NCBI GenBank assembly: GCA_035307965.1
Contig: DATGHO010000038.1
Span: 9,904 to 73,903, forward strand
DNA length: 64,000 nt
Source of the DNA: Candidatus Acidiferrales bacterium
Lineage (GTDB): Bacteria > Acidobacteriota > Terriglobia > Acidiferrales > UBA7541
Reading direction: 5' to 3'
The notes beneath the pieces were generated by a model. That model had not been told where the DNA came from. It did not search any database and saw only the letters and a program-made list of their open reading frames with translations. Of this stretch, positions 49,201-58,096 are shown in pieces. The translations under genes were made by a program, and so were the position numbers. The number at the start of each line of letters is the position of its first letter. Position 1 is the first letter of the stretch.

Positions 49201-50036
49201 GATTCGGTGATTTGGAATTCATCGTCTTGACGGACGGCACGCTGCGGCTGGACGGCGGCGCGATGTTCGGCGTGGTGCCCAAACCGATGTGGGAGAAAAA
49301 GGCGCGCGCCGATGAGCGCAATCGCATTGTGCTGGCCATGAATTGCCTGCTGATTCGCGCGGCAGGTAAAACAATTTTGGTGGAAACCGGCGCGGGCGAT
49401 AAATGGGACGCGAAGCGCCGCGATATTTATGCGTTTGAAGGCTCGCCCAGACTGCCCGAACAATTGGCGCAGCACGGTGTGAAGCCGCAAGATGTGGACA
49501 TCGTTATCAACACGCATTTGCATTTCGACCACTGCGGATGGGATACGCGGCTGGTGGACGGAAAGGCGCGGCCAACCTTTCCGAATGCAAAATATGTTGT
49601 CCAGCGAAAAGACTTCGAGCACGCCAGGAATCCAACCGAACGCGACCGCGCCAGCTTTATGTTGGATAATTACACGCCGGTTGAAGAGGCGCGTCAGTGG
49701 GAGTTGTTGGACGGAGAAAAGCAAATCGTCGCGGGCGTCAGCGTTTTTCCGGCGCCGGGGCACACTCATGCGATGCAATGCGTGAAATTGGAAAGTGGCG
49801 GAAAGACAGCAATTTTTCTCGCCGACCTGATACCGACCACAGCGCATCTGCCGCTCGCCTGGATTATGGGTTTCGATTTATTTCCGCTGACCACGCTTGA
49901 AAACAAAAAGAAACTTTTACCGCAAATTGCCCAGCGCAACTGGCTGGCGCTTTTCGCGCATGATACGAAGGTGCGCGCCGCATATTTGCGCGAGCGCGAC
50001 GACGCGTTCGAAGCAGAGCCGGTCACCATTGATTAA
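49197..50036 (+). CDS. MBL-fold metallo-hydrolase
   Basis: The motif is THLHFDHCGW (HxHxDH). The TTG start overlaps the meaB stop, and GGAGG lies 7 nt upstream. Confidence 0.8.
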   Translation: MRFGDLEFIVLTDGTLRLDGGAMFGVVPKPMWEKKARADERNRIVLAMNCLLIRAAGKTILVETGAGDKWDAKRRDIYAFEGSPRLPEQLAQHGVKPQDVDIVINTHLHFDHCGWDTRLVDGKARPTFPNAKYVVQRKDFEHARNPTERDRASFMLDNYTPVEEARQWELLDGEKQIVAGVSVFPAPGHTHAMQCVKLESGGKTAIFLADLIPTTAHLPLAWIMGFDLFPLTTLENKKKLLPQIAQRNWLALFAHDTKVRAAYLRERDDAFEAEPVTID

Positions 50037-50063
50037 TTTCGAGCCGAACCCAATCAAATCTAT

Positions 50064-50978
50064 TTGCGAGGCGAATCAGTGAAAAAGCAGAAGAGCGCCC
50101 GAAATGGTAACGCAAAAACGCGGGCCAAAATTGGAATCATCGGCGGCAGCGGCCTTTACACAATGGCCGGGCTTGCGGACGCACGTGAAGTTCGCGTGCG
50201 CACGCCATTCGGCGAGCCGTCGGACGCCTTCATGCTCGGCACGCTAGAAGGCCAGCGCGTCGCCTTCCTTGCGCGGCACGCGCGCGGCCATCGCATTTCG
50301 CCTAGCGAAATCAATTATCGCGCGAATATTTTCGCGATGAAATCTCTCGGCGTGGAGCAAATTTTATCCGTGAGCGCCGTGGGCTCTCTCCGCGAAGATT
50401 TGCATCCTCTGGAATTTTTGATTGTGGACCAGTTTTTCGACCGCACGCGCGGTCGCATCGCAACTTTCTTCAGTGATGGAATCGTCGCGCACGTGGGATT
50501 CGACAAGCCGACGTGTCCCCGCCTTTCGCAAAAAATCGCGCGCGCTTGCGAACGCACCGGCGTCCCCGTTCACCAGCGGGGGACTTACGTCTGCATGGAA
50601 GGCCCGCAATTTTCCACACTCGCCGAATCGAATGCGTACCGCAAAATGGGTTTTGACGTTATCGGCATGACCAATTTGACCGAAGCGAAGCTCGCGCGCG
50701 AGGCGGAGATTTGCTACGCATCCATCGCCATGATCACGGACTACGATTGCTGGCATCCAGGACACGATTCCGTTTCCGTTCCGGACATCATCAACAATCT
50801 CAACAAAAACACCGCGAACGTCCAGAAAGTGCTTCGCGAGACGCTGCGCGCTCTTGGTCCTGCCGCAGGATGTAAATGCAGTTCCGCGTTGGCGCACGCG
50901 ATTCTGACCGGCCGAAAAATGATTCCTGCGGCCACCAAGCGCCGCCTTGGCCCGCTCATCTCAAAATATATTTCCTGA
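50064..50978 (+). CDS. mtnP: S-methyl-5'-thioadenosine phosphorylase
   Basis: The motifs IGIIGGSGLY, FLARHG and MTNLTEAKLAREAEICY are present. The start is TTG 50064 or GTG 50079. Confidence 0.85.
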   Translation: MRGESVKKQKSARNGNAKTRAKIGIIGGSGLYTMAGLADAREVRVRTPFGEPSDAFMLGTLEGQRVAFLARHARGHRISPSEINYRANIFAMKSLGVEQILSVSAVGSLREDLHPLEFLIVDQFFDRTRGRIATFFSDGIVAHVGFDKPTCPRLSQKIARACERTGVPVHQRGTYVCMEGPQFSTLAESNAYRKMGFDVIGMTNLTEAKLAREAEICYASIAMITDYDCWHPGHDSVSVPDIINNLNKNTANVQKVLRETLRALGPAAGCKCSSALAHAILTGRKMIPAATKRRLGPLISKYIS

Positions 50979-50994
50979 ACAGGAGAACTCGCTC

Positions 50995-51903
50995 ATGTCC
51001 TTGCTCGTGGTCGGTTCGGTTGCGTTCGACGCTCTGCAAACTCCGTTTGGAAGCGCCGATCGCACTATTGGCGGCGCGGCGACGTATTTTTCGCTGGCGG
51101 CGAGCTTGCTCGCTTCGGTGCGGCTGGTCGCTGTTGTTGGCGATGACTTTGGCGCGCAGGAAGAGGCCGTTTTTCATGGGCGCAAAATTGATTTGCGCGG
51201 CCTCGAGCGCGCCCCCGGGAAAAGCTTCTTCTGGTCGGGCCAGTACAGCGACGATCTGCGCACCCGCAAGACGCTCGCGACGGAACTGAATGTGTTCGCG
51301 ACGTTTCAGCCAAAGCTACCGCAGGCTTATCGCGATTCCGAATTTGTTTTTTTGGGAAACATTGACCCGGCGCTGCAACGGCACGTCCTCAGCCAAATGC
51401 GCCGAAAACCGAAACTCGTTGCGCTCGACACCATGAATTATTGGATCGCCGGAACGCCGAAAGAACTGGCCAAGACGCTGCGCCTGATTGACGCGCTGCT
51501 CATCAACGATGAAGAAGCCGTGCAGCTCGCCGGCGAGCACAACTTGCTGCGCGCGGTCCGAAGAATTTTCAGCATGGGCCCAAAGGCCATCGTCGTAAAG
51601 CGCGGCGAGTATGGCGCGATGCTATTTCATCGCGACGCGATTCTGGCCGTTCCTGCGTATCCGCTCGAAAATGTGCACGATCCCACCGGCGCGGGAGACA
51701 GCTTCGCCGGCGGATTCATGGGCTACATTGCGCGAAGCAAGAAGACCGATCACTCTTCGCTGCGCCGCGCCATGGTCTACGGCTCCGTATTGGGCAGCTT
51801 CGCCGTTGAAAAGCTGGGCGTCGAACGCCTCTGCACGATTACAAAACGCGAAGTGGAAACGCGCGCCCGCGCCCTGGTTCGCATGACCAACATCCGCGTG
51901 TGA
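50995..51903 (+). CDS. PfkB-family carbohydrate/nucleoside kinase
   Basis: AGGAG precedes the ATG at 50995. The C-terminal motif is DPTGAGDSFAGGF. Confidence 0.85.
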   Translation: MSLLVVGSVAFDALQTPFGSADRTIGGAATYFSLAASLLASVRLVAVVGDDFGAQEEAVFHGRKIDLRGLERAPGKSFFWSGQYSDDLRTRKTLATELNVFATFQPKLPQAYRDSEFVFLGNIDPALQRHVLSQMRRKPKLVALDTMNYWIAGTPKELAKTLRLIDALLINDEEAVQLAGEHNLLRAVRRIFSMGPKAIVVKRGEYGAMLFHRDAILAVPAYPLENVHDPTGAGDSFAGGFMGYIARSKKTDHSSLRRAMVYGSVLGSFAVEKLGVERLCTITKREVETRARALVRMTNIRV

Positions 51904-52057
51904 GCAAGTGTGGCGCTTCATTCGGGAAGGGAATCGCTCTTCCTTCGGCGATCTGCATCCTCACGAGAGCCCGCACCGCATAGTGAACTAATCGGATGCG
52001 TTCGATTTTCTCCCGCTAGACTCGCTCGACGTTTTTTCCTATCCTCAGTTTTGGCAC

Positions 52058-53044
52058 ATGCCCATTGCTGTTAAGCCGCCGCCTCTCGAATCCGGAAACG
52101 CTGTGCGCATTATTGCTCCTGCGAGCCCTGTGGACGAGGAGGCTCTGCGCCGCGGCTGCATGGAACTCGATCGATTGGGCTTTCAGAGCAAGTGGGATCC
52201 GCGCGTGTTGGCGCGTCAGGGATATTTTGCCGGCTCGGCGGAGGAGCGGCTCGCCAAACTCCTGATGGCGCTCGACGAGAATTCGTCACAGGCGGTTTTT
52301 TGCGCGCGCGGCGGTTACGGCTCAGGATATTTGCTGGAACATTTGGAGCCGCGCCGCCTCAAAACTCCCAAAGCGCTGGTCGGCTTCAGCGACATCACCC
52401 TGCTTCAGCTTTTTTTGTGGCGCAAAAAGCGCTGGGTGACTTTTTACGGGCCTATGGTCGCGGCAGGACTGGATAAAGGCGCGAACGCGACCGGCGGCTA
52501 CGACCCGGAGTCGTTCCAGCAGGCATTGATGCAGGCCAATCATGGCTGGAAAGTGGACCTTCGCGGCGAAACGCTTTTTTTTGGGCAGGCGGAAGGCATT
52601 TTGTTGGGAGGATGCCTCACTCTGGTCGAGGCCACTTTGGGCACGCCCTGGGAAATTCAAACCGCTGGAACGATTTTGCTACTCGAGGATTGTGGAATGA
52701 AACCTTATCAAGTGGACCGCGCGCTCATTCACTTGCGCCAGGCGGGAAAATTCAAAGGCGTGCGCGCCGTTGTGCTCGGCGAATATCCGCAATGCGATGC
52801 TCCAACCGGCAGCCCGACGGTGCGCGAAGTTTTCGAGCGCCTTCTCGGCCCGCTGAAAATTCCCGTAGTGTGGGGCGCGCCTGTCGGCCACACGCCGCGC
52901 GCTATGCTGACCGTGCCGCTGGGCATCCGAGCCAGGCTCGTGGCGCAGGGTAGCGGCCGACTGGAAATTTTGGAAGCGGCATGCAGCTCCGCTGAAATTA
53001 CCATTCCGAGCAGCAAAAAAGGAAAACCAAAACGCCACTCCTAA
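52058..53044 (+). CDS. ldcA: LD-carboxypeptidase (muramoyltetrapeptide carboxypeptidase, S66)
   Basis: The nucleophile context is GFSDITLL. The motifs LEDCGMKPYQVDR and a C-terminal GH.P follow. Confidence 0.85.
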   Translation: MPIAVKPPPLESGNAVRIIAPASPVDEEALRRGCMELDRLGFQSKWDPRVLARQGYFAGSAEERLAKLLMALDENSSQAVFCARGGYGSGYLLEHLEPRRLKTPKALVGFSDITLLQLFLWRKKRWVTFYGPMVAAGLDKGANATGGYDPESFQQALMQANHGWKVDLRGETLFFGQAEGILLGGCLTLVEATLGTPWEIQTAGTILLLEDCGMKPYQVDRALIHLRQAGKFKGVRAVVLGEYPQCDAPTGSPTVREVFERLLGPLKIPVVWGAPVGHTPRAMLTVPLGIRARLVAQGSGRLEILEAACSSAEITIPSSKKGKPKRHS

Positions 53045-53061
53045 AACAATCTCTCGATCGC

Positions 53062-54471
53062 ATTCATCTTCTCGGCGTTGGCGGCGCGGCTATGGCTCCG
53101 CTCGCAGGAATGCTGAAGGAGCGCGGCTATACGGTCTCCGGCTCCGATACGAATGTGTATCCGCCCGCCTCGACGTTGCTCTCGTCGCTTCACATTTCCT
53201 GGAGCGAAGGTTTTCGCGCGGAAAATTTAAGGCCGCAGCCGGATTTAATCGTTGTCGGAAACGCCATTTCGCGCGGCAACGCCGAGTTGGAGGCGGCGCT
53301 CGACGCGAAAATTCCGTACTGGTCTATGCCGCAAGCATTGCAGGAATTGTTTTTGCCCGGCCATACATCCATTGTGGTCGCCGGTACCCACGGCAAAACC
53401 ACCACCACCGCGATGCTGGCGTGGATTTTGCACGTCGCCGGCAGGAAGCCTGATTTCTTGGTTGGCGGCGTCGTCCCGAATTTCGGCGAGCGCAGCTATG
53501 GATTGGGGGGCGGGGAAGAATTTGTGCTCGAAGGCGATGAGTACGACTCCGCCTATTTTGACAAGCAGCCAAAATTTCTGCATTACTTTCCCGATGAATT
53601 GATTCTCACTTCGCTCGAATTCGACCATGCGGATATCTACGAAAATCTCGCGGCGATTGAATTGCAATTCCAGCGCTTGGTCAATCTGGTCCCACGGCGC
53701 GGAAAGATTTTCATCTGGGGCGAATCTGAGAATCTTGCCGCCTGCGCAAAAAAAGCATTTTGTCCCGTGGAAACTTATGGCCTCACGCCTCAAATGGACT
53801 GGCACGCCGGAGACATCGAATGGCGCGACGGCATGACCCATTTCCGCGTGGCCCATCGCGGCAGGGAAGTCGCGCGCATTCGCATTCCTGCCGCAGGCCG
53901 TCACAACGTCATGAACGCGCTTGCCTGTGTCGCGCTTGCTTTCGGACGCGGCGTCGACCGCGAAGCCATCGAAGAGGCGCTTGCGGAATTTCAGAATGTG
54001 CGCCGCCGCATGGAAATCAAAGGTGATGTGAACGGCATTCTCGTCGTCGAGGATTTCGCGCATCATCCCACGGCCATTCGCATGACGATTGAAGCCTCGC
54101 GCTCGCTGTGGCCCAGGCGCCGCTTGTGGGCCGCGTTCGAGCCTCGCTCAAATACCATGCGCCGCCGCATTTTCGCCGAAGCCCTGGCCGAATCGCTCGC
54201 TTTGGCCGACGCCGCGTTGCTAGGCCCGGTGAATCGCGCGCAACTGCTCTCCGACGAAGAGCGCCTCGATCCGCAGCACGTGGTGGCGGCGATCCGCGCG
54301 AAAGGCAAAACTGCTGAAGCCTTTGCATCCGCGGCCGAAATCAACGAATATCTCTCCGGCAAATTGCAGCCCGGCGACGTTGTGCTGGTCATGTCCAACG
54401 GCAGCTTCGACGGCCTTTCATCGCTGCTGACGCAAACTTTGCAAAGCCGAACCGCTGTTCACAAATCATGA
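53062..54471 (+). CDS. mpl: UDP-N-acetylmuramate:L-alanyl-gamma-D-glutamyl-meso-DAP ligase (Mpl); start codon unresolved
   Basis: The segment RIHLLGVGGAAMAPLAGMLKERGYTVSGSDTNVYPPASTLL and the motif GTHGKTTT match the Mpl pattern. The first canonical start (ATG 53092) falls inside the N-terminal GxGG nucleotide-binding motif. Only an ATT (53062) is available upstream. Confidence 0.85.
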   Translation: MHLLGVGGAAMAPLAGMLKERGYTVSGSDTNVYPPASTLLSSLHISWSEGFRAENLRPQPDLIVVGNAISRGNAELEAALDAKIPYWSMPQALQELFLPGHTSIVVAGTHGKTTTTAMLAWILHVAGRKPDFLVGGVVPNFGERSYGLGGGEEFVLEGDEYDSAYFDKQPKFLHYFPDELILTSLEFDHADIYENLAAIELQFQRLVNLVPRRGKIFIWGESENLAACAKKAFCPVETYGLTPQMDWHAGDIEWRDGMTHFRVAHRGREVARIRIPAAGRHNVMNALACVALAFGRGVDREAIEEALAEFQNVRRRMEIKGDVNGILVVEDFAHHPTAIRMTIEASRSLWPRRRLWAAFEPRSNTMRRRIFAEALAESLALADAALLGPVNRAQLLSDEERLDPQHVVAAIRAKGKTAEAFASAAEINEYLSGKLQPGDVVLVMSNGSFDGLSSLLTQTLQSRTAVHKS

Positions 54472-56291
54472 CTCTGCCGAAAACTAAAATGCAAACCCGC
54501 TCACTCCGATTTGTTCTGGTTGTCCTCTTCCCGACGCTCGCGTTCGCAAGTAATGCCAGCGCTACAATTCGCTACACGATTTCGCTCGCGCAGCCCGGCC
54601 GGCACATTTTTCACGTGACTATGCAGGTGCCCAACGCCGGCCGCGATTTGATAGTTGCCATGCCTGCATGGAACGCCACTTACGACATTCGTGATTTTGC
54701 CTATCGCGTCACCGACGTCACCGCAACCAGCAATGGCAGCGCGGCCGCAAATTCGAACCTGCACATTGAAAAGCTCGATAAGCAAACCTGGCGAATTTCG
54801 AACGCCAACGCTGATTCGCCGGAAAATCTCGGCAGCGCGACCATTCAATACGACGATTATTGGGACGATCCCGGCCCATTCTCCTCGCAGCTCAATTCGC
54901 ATCACGCTTTTCTCAATCTCGCCGAAGTCCTTTTCTACATTCCCTCGCGCCGCGCGGAAGAATCCGAGGTGACCTACACAAATTTGCCGGCGAACTGGCG
55001 CGTCGCTGAAGAATTGCCGGCTGACAACTTGGCAAACACTTTTTCGGCGAGCAGTTACGACACGTTAGTCGACGCGCCCGCGGAAATCGGCATGTTTCAG
55101 GAATTTCGTTTCAACGCAGGAAGCGCCAGTTACCGCGTCGTGGTCGATGGCAAAAATTGGGGCGAAAGCGACCTGCGCAGCTCGCTCGAAAAAATCGTCA
55201 CCTACGAAACCGGCATGATGCGCGACGTGCCATACAACGAGTACACCTTCTTCTTTCACTTCGGCCCGTTTTCAGAAGCGGGCGGCGGCGGAATGGAGCA
55301 CTCCTATTGCACGGCAATTGCCGTGCCTTCCGGCGACGTTGCGCCAAGCGTCGCGGCGCACGAATTTTTTCATTTGTGGAACGTCAAGCGCATCCGCCCG
55401 CAAACTTTGCAGCCCGTCGATTACACCAAAGAAATGTGGACGCGCGCGCTATGGTTCGCCGAAGGCGTCACCAGCACTTACGCCTCGTTCACCATGGTGC
55501 GCACGGGCCTGTGGTCGCGCGAACAGTTTTACAGCGACCTCGCGCGACAATTCACCACCCTGGAAATGCGTCCCGCGCATCTCTGGCAAAGCGCGGAAGA
55601 ATCCAGCCTCGACACCTGGCTCGACAAATACGATTATTACGACGAGCCGCAGGTCAGCATTTCGTATTACAACAAGGGCCAGATTCTCGGCGTGATGCTC
55701 GATCTCGCCATTCGTGACGCCACCGACAATCGCAAATCTCTCGATGACGTTATGCGCGCCATGGACCGCGATTACGCGCAGCGCGGCAAATTTTACGACG
55801 ACAGCAAAGGCGTCGAGCAGGAAGTCGAAAAAGTTTCCGGCCGCAGCTTCAAAGATTTTTTCGCGGATTACGTCGCCGGAACAAAAGAAATTCCATACGA
55901 CAAATTTCTGAACGCCGCCGGCTTGCAAACACAAGCCCAGCCGCGCCAAATCGCGGCGCTCGGCTTCCAGGTTTCGCGCGGAATCGGCCAGCCGCCGCAA
56001 ATTTCCTCGGTCGAACCCGGCAGCGGCGCGGAAAAAGCTGGCGTAAAACCCGGCGACGTTATTTTGCAGTTCGAAGGCCAGCCGTTTGGCCGCGCCGCCA
56101 TGCGCTTCCTGTTCCAGCATTCTCCCGGCGAGACGGTCACGCTTCGCGTCCAGCGCAACGGCGCGGAAAAGGAATTTTCGTTTCCGCTGGCGCAGCAAAC
56201 TGTGCAGACCTACTCCATTTCCGAAATTCCCAATGCCAGCGCCCGCCAGAAGCGCATTCGCGAAGGCATGCTCCGAGGAACCACCAATTAA
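54468..56291 (+). CDS. M61-family metallopeptidase (glycyl aminopeptidase-like) with C-terminal PDZ domain
   Basis: A signal peptide is present. The zinc motif is HEFFHLWN (HExxH). The PDZ-like segment is GAEKAGVKPGDVIL. An ATGA overlap joins it to the mpl stop. Confidence 0.85.
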   Translation: MTLPKTKMQTRSLRFVLVVLFPTLAFASNASATIRYTISLAQPGRHIFHVTMQVPNAGRDLIVAMPAWNATYDIRDFAYRVTDVTATSNGSAAANSNLHIEKLDKQTWRISNANADSPENLGSATIQYDDYWDDPGPFSSQLNSHHAFLNLAEVLFYIPSRRAEESEVTYTNLPANWRVAEELPADNLANTFSASSYDTLVDAPAEIGMFQEFRFNAGSASYRVVVDGKNWGESDLRSSLEKIVTYETGMMRDVPYNEYTFFFHFGPFSEAGGGGMEHSYCTAIAVPSGDVAPSVAAHEFFHLWNVKRIRPQTLQPVDYTKEMWTRALWFAEGVTSTYASFTMVRTGLWSREQFYSDLARQFTTLEMRPAHLWQSAEESSLDTWLDKYDYYDEPQVSISYYNKGQILGVMLDLAIRDATDNRKSLDDVMRAMDRDYAQRGKFYDDSKGVEQEVEKVSGRSFKDFFADYVAGTKEIPYDKFLNAAGLQTQAQPRQIAALGFQVSRGIGQPPQISSVEPGSGAEKAGVKPGDVILQFEGQPFGRAAMRFLFQHSPGETVTLRVQRNGAEKEFSFPLAQQTVQTYSISEIPNASARQKRIREGMLRGTTN

Positions 56292-56360
56292 CTCGCGCCC
56301 TTCCCGCGTCGCCGCGCAATTTTCTGAACGCAGCGCCCATCCTGCGTTATCTTCGTCTCC

Positions 56361-57065
56361 ATGATTCGCACTTTCGTCGGCGCCGCGTTTCTCACGCTGT
56401 TCATCCTCATTGTCGGCTTGCCGGTCATCGGCTACTCGCTGCTCACCGGCACCAGCGACGTTCTATACCGCTGGGGGCGGTGGGGCATCGGCGCCGCGAT
56501 GCGCTTGGCCGGCGTGCGCGTGCGCGCTGAAGGTTTAGAGAACATTCCCAGCGGCGTATGCGTCTTCGCCGCGAATCACGTCAGCAATTTGGATCCTCCC
56601 GCCGCGCTCATCGGAATTCCGCGTCGCATTTCCTACCTCGCGAAGCAGGAAATCTTCAAAGTTCCCGTGGTGCGCACCGCGCTGCGCCTCGGAAAAATCG
56701 TTCCCGTAGATCGCGCCAACGCCGAAGCCGCCATTTCCAGCATCGACCATGCGGTCGGCATTCTGCTCGAAGGAATTTCGTTTTTTGTTTTTCCCGAAGG
56801 CCATCGCAGCAGAGATGGACGCCTCCTGCCCTTCAAAAAAGGCACATTCGTGATGGCCATTCAGGCGGGCGTGCCCGTCGTGCCGGTCTCGATTCTCGGC
56901 AGCCGCGAACGCATGCCCAAAGGCAGGCTCTCGATTGTCCCGGGCGAGATTCTTCTGCGCTTCGGCGCGCCCATCGACAGCACGCGCTTCACGGTTGACC
57001 AGCGCGACGAACTCCTCGAGCAAGTCCAAGCCGCCGTCGCCGCCGGCCTGCAAACCCCGGGCTGA
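56361..57065 (+). CDS. plsC: 1-acyl-sn-glycerol-3-phosphate acyltransferase
   Basis: An N-terminal TM segment is present. The HxxxxD motif is NHVSNLD and the FPEGHRS motif follows. Confidence 0.9.
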   Translation: MIRTFVGAAFLTLFILIVGLPVIGYSLLTGTSDVLYRWGRWGIGAAMRLAGVRVRAEGLENIPSGVCVFAANHVSNLDPPAALIGIPRRISYLAKQEIFKVPVVRTALRLGKIVPVDRANAEAAISSIDHAVGILLEGISFFVFPEGHRSRDGRLLPFKKGTFVMAIQAGVPVVPVSILGSRERMPKGRLSIVPGEILLRFGAPIDSTRFTVDQRDELLEQVQAAVAAGLQTPG

Positions 57066-57069
57066 AATG

Positions 57070-57194
57070 AGTGTCCGGAAACGGACGTTTGCTCGAAAAA
57101 AATGTCGAAAAAACTCGATTAGAATTGGCATCGACCGTTTGTTTTCAATGAGTTGGCTCAATTTCTAATTTCCCATAGAAACTCGATTAGAATT
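57070..57194 (+). repeat. 125-nt intergenic element, copy B
   Basis: It shares 105/125 identities with 19524..19648 in the same orientation. It starts 4 nt after the plsC stop. Confidence 0.85.
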
Positions 57195-57214
57195 CCTTTC
57201 CGTAAGAGTCATAA

Positions 57215-57234
57215 GGGCCAAAAGTGGCCCTTTT
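57215..57234 (+). terminator. Rho-independent terminator candidate (plus strand)
   Basis: The structure is GGGCCA-aaag-TGGCCC followed by TTTT. Confidence 0.55.
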
Positions 57235-57243
57235 GCCGTCCAT

Positions 57244-57270
57244 AAAATGCAAAAGCCGCCCGAGGCGGCC
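57244..57270 (-). terminator. Rho-independent terminator candidate (minus strand)
   Basis: On the minus strand the structure is GGCCGCC-tcg-GGCGGC followed by TTTTGCATTTTA. The nearest upstream minus-strand CDS ends about 450 nt away. Confidence 0.5.
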
Positions 57271-57722
57271 TTGCGGTTCTGCTGCGCCGAATTGTCTGGC
57301 TGGCCCTCCAGCCGAGGACTCATGTATACCGGGGAGTTAACTAAAAGTCAAGGAAAAATCGGGGAAGCGGGCAGGCCAATTCTGAAATTTTGGGCAAAAC
57401 GACCAGGTCATTCCTGTGGACGTTCCACAGGGGCCAGAAATGGCACTCTCGAAGGCAGTTGCAAGTGACCGGGAGACAGTGGTCAGTGGTCAGAAAAGGC
57501 GAGTACATCGCGCACAAGGCGGCGCGATGAGGAAGGAATACTTCGGGACAGAACATTATGTCGCGGTTAAAACCGCGACCCACAAGGCGCGGCTCGCCAC
57601 AAGGAGGCGCCGACAGGGAACAGAACGAACGGCGACGCTCGTTGCGGGGAGCTGAAGCTCAGCCTTCCTAGAAAAGCCGCAGAGTTGCAAGAGGCGCGCC
57701 TCGGCGCGAACTCTCCGGCCAC

Positions 57723-58076
57723 TTAGCACCCGCCCCCAAGCAGATTCTTGATAAGGCTTGCTAGCGCTATCTTCAGCGCCTCAAGAGTAAGCGCGCCCGT
57801 CTTCTGAATGACGATTTCTTTCGCTTTAATCCACAACTTATCGTTGCGAGCCGAGTCTAGAAACTAGTGACCTTCGTAGGTGAGCCGAAGTACATGGAAA
57901 TCTGGTGAACCGGGTGCAAATTTTGCCTCGATGAGTCCGGCGTCTCGCGCCTGCAGAGCGTTGTAATACAGTTCCTCTGGGTTGCGGTGCGGTATTTTGA
58001 CTTGACAGCCTTCGAGGGATGGCGATTTCTCGACCTCTAAGAGGATCTCGCGGATTAGGTCCATGTCGCGTTTCAT
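57723..58076 (-). pseudogene. DUF2513-like protein interrupted by an in-frame TAG (codon 71 of 117)
   Basis: The product reads MKRDMDLIREILLEVEKS...LRLTYEGH-TAG-FLDSARNDKLWIKAKEIV...LIKNLLGGGC. The stop sits where relatives, as I recall them, have Glu (EGHEFLD). Confidence 0.6.
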
Positions 58077-58096
58077 GCGGCTTTCCTCATGTCGTC

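Noticed and set aside
19524-57194. The two 125-nt direct repeats could be attL/attR of a 37.5-kb integrated island.
   Set aside because: The interval contains core housekeeping genes (zwf, lepB, carAB, mpl, plsC and others) at normal GC, and no integrase. The copies are better explained as a dispersed element found at two separate variable spots.
57864-57866. The in-frame TAG in the DUF2513 gene could be pyrrolysine or programmed read-through.
   Set aside because: No pyl genes or PYLIS-like context are visible. A single GAG-to-TAG nonsense change is the simpler explanation.
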